A stretch of DNA of 57,672 nucleotides, filler included, from Circinaria calcarea (Eukaryota): assembly GCA_051942165.1 (NCBI GenBank). It is 4 parts of 4 records of this genome, joined end to end, with 100 filler letters (N's around TTAATTAATTAA, not from the genome) between each part and the next. Parts side by side here need not be neighbours in the genome. Positions count along the whole stretch, not along the records: positions 43,337 to 57,672 come from JAVECS010000441.1; 3 more parts are not named here. One strand, given 5' to 3'. A program made the position numbers and the translations under genes. The notes under the pieces were generated by a model. That model saw nothing but the letters and a program-made list of their open reading frames with translations. It was not told the origin of the DNA and made no database searches. Below, one piece after another: positions 51,400-57,672 of this stretch (position 1 is its first letter; every line of letters begins with the position of its first letter).

Positions 51400-52628
51400 A
51401 ACACTCGATCTAATTCCCTCTCATCAATACTGGCCATCCCCATTGTGGTTCCAATGTACATACTTACAACCGAGCCTTGTCTGTCCATCTCTGGTAACAG
51501 CCTCGCTACTTGCCTGGCTCCTGTAGTCCCCAATAGATGTCCTAGTATAATTTCTCTTCCTTTGATTTTCACCTTCTCCTCATGAATCCCAATTTTCCGC
51601 TTGGGATATAAAGCATGCGTTGCAAAGGCTTGGTTGGTATCCCATAGCTGGATATCTGAGACGGGGAGACCGGTATACTCTAGTAATTTGGCAATCGCCA
51701 CTACCAGGCCGATTCCCTTTCGTCGGGCACAGTGGACCATATTCCACTTATGGAGAAGGCAAGGCCAAGGGACGAGGCGGCGGAGCAACGCATGAGCAGA
51801 GTAGTAGTTGCGCCATTGGTAATTTGTGAGCTGTTGCCAGCTGGACTAGTTCCATTCACCTTAAAGGTTGGCTTTAGCTTACTTAGGGATTCGACAGTCG
51901 TATTTGGAGGGACGCCGTCATTATGGCTAATGATAACGGTTTCCTCCCAGAAGTTCTCCGGATCCTCGAGTTCTATCCACCTCGTCGTGACGAGCACAAA
52001 TTCAGAATCTTAAAAGCCCGTTTTTCTGTGCTTGAGCAGGTTTTTTAGTGAGAGCGGGCAGCGAAGGTATCTTGACCTTCTCGCGTTACCCTGTATCGAG
52101 ATGCAAGTTCTCCGAGGTTATCCCCATGGGCATAGTGTAATCACGGGCGTCTTTATCAGGAGAATCTTTCAATTTGGCCACCGGACGGTGGGTATTGCGC
52201 GGGAACCTTATTTACGTGGCATGGACTCCATAACCTGCACCTATACCAACTTCGATACTTCCGACTGCAATGGCGCGGGCAACGGAGGTTATGGTGGCAA
52301 GACCCGAGGGCCATTACCGGTTCATAGTGTTAATGCCGTTATTGCTGAAATCCCCGCATGTTTTGGGGCCATACGTCCAGCTTATGCACCTCCCAGATCT
52401 TGCAGTACAGAACCTACTGCGACATCCTGTGTGAGTGCAGTGTATGGTTGGGCATTCTTAGCTAGAGTAGCTATTAGGACTGCGTATAGAAGTTCCCCCG
52501 ATAGGCACGCTTTAGACCACCTTTTTCTGGTCCCGGTGAGAGGCGTGTGTAAGGCGGATAGAATCATGACGTTGCTGGAGTTCTCCCGAAGGATATTTTT
52601 CAAGCCTCTTGGAATGAAACCCAGCCAT
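51400..52628 (-). pseudogene. Degraded 3-ketoacyl-CoA thiolase
   Basis: Fragments in several frames: VMILSALHTPL, DVAVGSVLQDLGGA*, NR*WASGL, NDGVPP..LSKLKPTF..GTSPAGNSSQITNG, TNQAFAT, GHLLGTTGARQ and SMYIGTTMG. Boundaries are approximate. Confidence 0.9.
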
Positions 52629-53077
52629 TGCGTCGTAGCTCAAGCCTGTGGATAAGCGCAGTGCTCATCAATCAATGGATCAAAAACTACCACGCAGACA
52701 TGGAATAGTGACTGTCACAATTCAGATAATACTATTTGTCAACGGTGCTTAAATATGTTCATGGCTTACAAAATGGTAGTAAGCGCTTAAGATCGAGTGC
52801 ATGGTAGTTAGAAATAGCATGATATTTCAAAGGCGGATTGAATACCAAGAATGAGAAGAGAATTTAATCATGGGAGCAAGAAAGGAGATGTGGATAGTAC
52901 ATACAAAGCCATCCATTATCGCTGGTGGAAGTAGACATAGCACTCTCTCACTCTAGTACTAACTTCTAGCCTTACCATACGATGAGCGGGAAATCATTTG
53001 GCCGTAGAATACTTGACGCGTGCGTTTCATCGGGCGAAAGATCTATCAAGCTTCCTTTTAATCAACATGGTCCAACA

Positions 53078-54301
53078 ATGAACAACGTATCCAGGTTTCG
53101 CTCCTCCGCTGGGCGTTTTTTATACAACAATCAGCATCATCCCGGTTATGTTTGTGTCAAATGTCGCCATCAGCTGCAGAAAGCTTCCATTACAACCTCA
53201 GCCTCTCCGAAAGCCCCATCTCAAGCCAATGACAAGGTCCCCTATACGGAGAGAATACGAAGACGGATCTGGGGAAGTGAAAGACCGCCTGGTCTGGAGG
53301 ATCCATATGGAAATCGAAGTGTACTAGACAAGAGCCAGAATAAGGGAAAAGAGCCTGTAGCCTCAGAAGCTATACCTGATGTAAATGCTTCTTCTAAAGC
53401 TCTCGACGCTCAAGCAGAGTACGTGCCTGCAACTTCTTGGGATGGATTGGAGCACATAGGCGGTGCTACAGGGTGGTGGGAAGAAGCTTGGGATAAGAAA
53501 CATCAATTTAGGGGTTTCATGTCATCTTCGAAGCTTGTATCACGAGGTGATTTGGAGAATGCGATTCGACGTGCTGTTATCGAGGTCTACACATTGGTCG
53601 AGGCTGGACGGTCACCCGCAGATGCTACAAACGCCTTGGACGACGGGATTATCCCTAACCCCGGCTCTGTTAGACTGTCCGTTGCTCACGATGGGTCGTC
53701 GGCGGTCATCTACCCAAACGATAAAACACGTCAAGGCCTGTTGGATTCTACAGCAAAATCAAATCCAATTAGAAAGGCATTGAAAGTGAGAGCCGAAAAT
53801 ACGGAATCAGCGGCACTTGGAACAACAGACCTTAGCTCAGTACAGACTACCTCAATAGACCAGGGAATATCTGTTGAAAGCACTAGAGCTGATAGCATTG
53901 AGGCTGAGTCTCTCAAAGATCAAAGCTGGCTGGATGTTTCTCTCAAAGATCCGGTCATTAAATTCGCAGTGAGATTACTTCTTGAACTGAGACGTGCATT
54001 TATACTAAAACGGATATAGATATTCAAGCGCGTCATGCAGCTTACAGGCAGACGGATTCCTGACCCAGCAATGAGCGATATTAACAGTGCTAAGGCACTT
54101 CTAAGTCATATGATGATAAAACCCAAACCCAAGAAACTGGCCGACTCTCTGCTTAGCAAGGATAATCTGATCACAGCTCCTAATGTTGAGATCTTGGACC
54201 GCCGATACACTCCTATCGACAGAGAGAAAGAAGTAGGCAGATGGAAGGTTATTGAGAAGGAACTGCATAGGCGGGGATTGCCTGTAACGGGTCGTTTATA
54301 G
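53078..54301 (+). CDS. Mitochondrial large ribosomal subunit protein mL50
   Basis: Arg-rich presequence, RIRRRIWG..PPGLEDPY, YVPATSWDGLEHIG, WLDVSLKDPVIKFA| intron 53969-54019 |IFKRVMQLTGRRIPD..TPIDREKEVGRWKVIEKEL. Confidence 0.85.
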
Positions 54302-54799
54302 CATCCCCGTTCACTTCAAACTCATTTTGTACCTTGTGTGTCATTGGCAGATGAAAACAGGCACTGCCGTGTTGTTTAGTGAAGAGCATATACCTGGAGT
54401 GTTCAAAGGATTCGCGAGTTCAAGGACAACATGAGACACAGAAGTACAGTGAATGTACCGAGGAAGTGCCTCGTAGATTCAGTCGCACAGACCCGATACT
54501 TATAAGTTCTTGACTTGGCTACACCATACGATTGCCCCAATTCATACCGAACGCAAACCGCATCGACAAAGATATGTAAAAGTCATCAACGCCGCCTCAA
54601 CACCGCTGCAAGACCCAATTTTACTAAGTCTTTTCGATCATCGAGACCACACATCATCCTCGAACCTGACTCTCCCACACTGTTCGACTTGATCTCTGCG
54701 CCCACTGCCATCTATCATCTACCAGGCCCCCTCCGCCTTCTAGAACTTCAGCAACCCAACGCTCACCGCAGTCTCGCTACACGCCTCAATCACTCCAAA

Positions 54800-55042
54800 A
54801 TGTGTAATATAGTCAACGAAACATACCGGTGCTGCGGTCGCATAAATCGACGATACGGAAGAAAATGCCAGAAGAGATTGTTCAATCAAGAGTGCGGCGG
54901 CGTCCATGGTAACCCAGAAATAACGGAGAGAGCCTCTTGGCAGAGAGTGCCGGGAGACTGTCATGACTGCAAGACACAGAAAGCAGAGAAGAAGGGAAAC
55001 TGGAAGGCATTTCTGGGGTTGGGAAAACCGGGTAAGGAGTGA
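54800..55042 (+). CDS. Small Cys-rich protein (80 aa)
   Basis: MCNIVNETYRCCGR..C..C..DCHDC, with an ATG in good context (CAAAATG) after a pyrimidine-rich leader. Confidence 0.6.
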   Translation: MCNIVNETYRCCGRINRRYGRKCQKRLFNQECGGVHGNPEITERASWQRVPGDCHDCKTQKAEKKGNWKAFLGLGKPGKE

Positions 55043-55121
55043 TGAAGGCTCACGGCTCCTGTGTTCTTAGTTCTCTTCATGGGAACACGCAGGGAGAGCA
55101 CAGACGGTGCTTGGTGCACAC

Positions 55122-55745
55122 TCATGCATGCTTCTTTCCCTTTTCCAGCAATAGCTTGGGTGTGTACTCTTCATAGTGAGGTTTGAGCCTTCCAAAAACA
55201 CCAATACAGATTGCAGCCATCAAAAGCAGATGCGTGACAAATCTCATCAGTGCCTCATTCTTGACAAAGACCGGATAATTATCCATTCCATGGCAAATCA
55301 CCATGATCTGCCACTCGATCCACCAGGCCACCGGTATCCTCGGTGGCACCGTCCTCTCCGCATCCAAAATGACCGAGTTCAAGTTTCGAAAGAAGATCTC
55401 GTTCTGCCCGTCCGCCGGCTCCGTCCACTCCTCTACCACCAAGTCTTCCTCCTCATCGTATCGAGCCGAGGGTCGTCTCCATCGATGAATCACGTTCTTT
55501 TCTATTCGAATGACCTTATCTTGGGGCTGATAGATCCTCGTTATGTTCCCCAGCGTGACTTGAGCTCTGCCTTGACGTACTTGGAGAAACTCGACATGGC
55601 TTTCGTGCCAATGCAGTCCGGAGGTCCAGCCCGAACCCGGGGGCAGACAGATGGTCACCGTGGTGCGATTTGCGGAGGGCATCGTGTAGGTGACGGAACC
55701 GACGCGGGTGAAGGACGTTTGGGAGGTGGTGTTGGTTCGTGGCAT
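55122..55745 (-). CDS. RmlC-like cupin domain protein with a C-terminal hydrophobic segment
   Basis: SGLHWHESHVEFLQVRQGRAQVTL (cupin motif 1), IEKNVIHRW (motif 2) and EWTEPADGQNEIFFRNL. Confidence 0.85.
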   Translation of the reverse strand: MPRTNTTSQTSFTRVGSVTYTMPSANRTTVTICLPPGSGWTSGLHWHESHVEFLQVRQGRAQVTLGNITRIYQPQDKVIRIEKNVIHRWRRPSARYDEEEDLVVEEWTEPADGQNEIFFRNLNSVILDAERTVPPRIPVAWWIEWQIMVICHGMDNYPVFVKNEALMRFVTHLLLMAAICIGVFGRLKPHYEEYTPKLLLEKGKKHA

Positions 55746-56450
55746 CGTTGGACCTTGGGGATGGTACTGTACAATGATGCGTGATCTCTCGGTTGTTAAC
55801 GGTGTATATTTCGCAGTATGTCCTTTCTAACTCGGAGCTTTATCTAAAAGGTGCTGCACTCGGGTTTGTCATCCCCGAGTAGATCCAACCCGGTGGATTT
55901 CCGCACTCTTAATCCTGCAACTAGCAGTTGCATCCTTTAATCGTTACAAAAAGCGCTCACGGAGCTCAAAGACGGCTATAATCCCTTAGTCGGCCTGGAT
56001 CTACATCTTCTGTATGCTATTCGATTGGGGGCCTGACTTTAACCCATATGGTGCTCCTACTAAGGGGCCAAGTTGGATAATCGGCGCGCATATGAGATCG
56101 GTAAAGTGCTGTGACGTCGTCCGTCGAGGCCCCGAGATAGTGGGGCAGAAATCTTCGGCCCCTCCAGTTCAGCGCAACGCTCTTCTCCCCAACCTCGACT
56201 CGACTTCCAAAGGCGAACGTTGGCGATAGACGATTTGATCAATGTGAGTCCTACCGCTTCCCCCAAAAGCTGCAATGGCTCGTCTCGTCACCCAATTCCC
56301 CAAAAGCAAAATTTCTCCCCGTTCTTGTCTCCTTCGCCAATCAATTTCCCATTTCCATTCTCCCTAACCATTTCTCTTTTCCAGCAGTCTCCAAAATCTA
56401 CTCAACCTCCCATTCCCCTCATCACCCCCATCAAACCTTAAAAACCAACC

Positions 56451-56678
56451 ATGTCCTCCGCCCCCAACGAAGGCCGGAACTCGCCCGAGCCCGAGAAGCA
56501 AAAAGGGAAACAAGGCGAACCAACCGCCGACGGGCAAGTCGGTGCCGGACCGGACGACGGCAACGCGGAGCAGAAGAGTGACGACCAGAAGGGGAACGTG
56601 CTGGAGAGTAACCCCGAAGGGCCGATGGAGAAGGCGGCGCATGAGAAGGTCAGTAAGGAGGGTCGGGGAGACGTTTGA
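56451..56678 (+). CDS. Small acidic hydrophilic protein (75 aa)
   Basis: CAACCATGT Kozak-like start after a CT-rich leader; motif VLESNPEGPMEKAAHEKVSK. Confidence 0.7.
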   Translation: MSSAPNEGRNSPEPEKQKGKQGEPTADGQVGAGPDDGNAEQKSDDQKGNVLESNPEGPMEKAAHEKVSKEGRGDV

Positions 56679-57048
56679 ATGTGATGGGGGACAGTTGAAC
56701 GGAGGGATGTGAGGACAGGAGAAATAAATGACGTGGACGGGGAAAGGCGGAGGAGGAGAAGTAGACATGGGAGATGGCTGAAATGTAAAGATTGCTTTGA
56801 GGACCTTTGACTGTGGTTCATGTGATTCCAGGATCTGTGATTTGCCTATCAATAGGGCTGTTTCGAGTAGTGAATGTGTACATTGTACATGTATGATACA
56901 CCTAGCCCGCTTCCAGTTGAACATGCCACCGCCCTTGCCATAAGAACTGCAATTGGGACGCCAGCGCTATGAATCTCGGATTTCGTCTGATAGACCTTCA
57001 AAAAAGCTCCTGCAAATCCCCCCAGCCAGATGCAAATATCCCTCGAGA

Positions 57049-57672
57049 TCAATGTCCCAACTCATTCGACACGGGGATATAACTCCGTCTCTCCTGTGCA
57101 CTCTGTAGACACTCATGCGATTAGCACATGTATACTCCAACGTGTAGATCCTAGGAGGGCATCGTTTCTTGCCTCTTGTCTCCTTTCCCCTAAGGACAGA
57201 GAAAGAAAAACTGCAACATACCTGAACCCATCGATCCACCCACGGCCTCACCAACCCCCAGAGCAGCAATCCCGCCGTCGCGACGATGAAAATGAACACC
57301 ACCGCTTCGTCCTTTCTCGAATCCCTTTCTGTCGCCGAAAAAAATCCCCCGAATAGAAATTAGCCCATCTCCCCTAAATATTCAATGATTCCCCTTTTCC
57401 CTTCCCCCATCCTCACAGCCCGAGGGAACCAAAAAGTAGAAAGAAAGAAAAAAAAAACTTACGAAAGCAAACGCTGACCACATCCGCCGGCCCCGCACCG
57501 CGACAGATGGGCAGGTTGTAGTCGAGGCAGTACTGCTTGTTGCAGTCGTTGCAGTTGCCCGTGCGGTACTGTTTCTCCGTGCCTTGCTTTCTGTGGGGAC
57601 TTGGAGGTGATGGCGATGGGGGTTCGTCGTCGGCGTGATCGGCAGGGAACGGGGTGCGGGGGGAGATGACGG
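57049..57672 (-). CDS. Small Cys-rich membrane protein, 3' part
   Basis: Spliced: ..GNCNDCNKQYCLDYNLPICRG..VCF|QRDSRKDEAVVFIFIVATAGLLLWGLVRPWVDRWVQ|SAQERRSYIPVSNELGH*, with canonical GTAAGT and GTATGT introns. Confidence 0.8.

Noticed and set aside
4601..52628. Peroxisome-themed gene cluster (PEX19, PXP2-like, thiolase)
   Set aside because: The genes lie on three different unlinked contigs.
55176..55784. 202-aa plus-strand ORF
   Set aside because: Antisense to the cupin gene, with a non-ATG start and no domain features.

Overview
Intron-containing genomic DNA from a filamentous ascomycete (Pezizomycotina-type splice signals and proteins). The window is not one locus: it is four contigs (14352, 14347, 14337, 14336 bp, in decreasing length) joined by 100-nt N44-TTAATTAATTAA-N44 linkers. 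Contig 1: VDAC porin 5' end, asparagine synthetase, UBC9, PEX19, two hypothetical genes, a p24/GOLD protein and SWC4. Contig 2: HapB/NF-YA 5' part, eIF3d and RIM15. Contig 3: a Myb-like protein, an AhpD-like/PXP2 protein, a C2H2 transcription factor, a patatin lipase and the PRI2 3' end. Contig 4: a Slk19/TACC-like protein, a HET pseudogene, a divergent ADE16/17, a thiolase pseudogene, mL50, a small Cys-rich protein, a cupin, a small acidic protein and a partial membrane protein. The most striking feature is the C2H2 TF gene. Its stop codon is TGA-CAA-TTA (a TMV-type leaky context), followed 9 nt later by a perfect 9-bp stem-loop and a 138-codon in-frame extension, which suggests programmed readthrough. 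The same gene has two in-frame alternative 5' splice donors.
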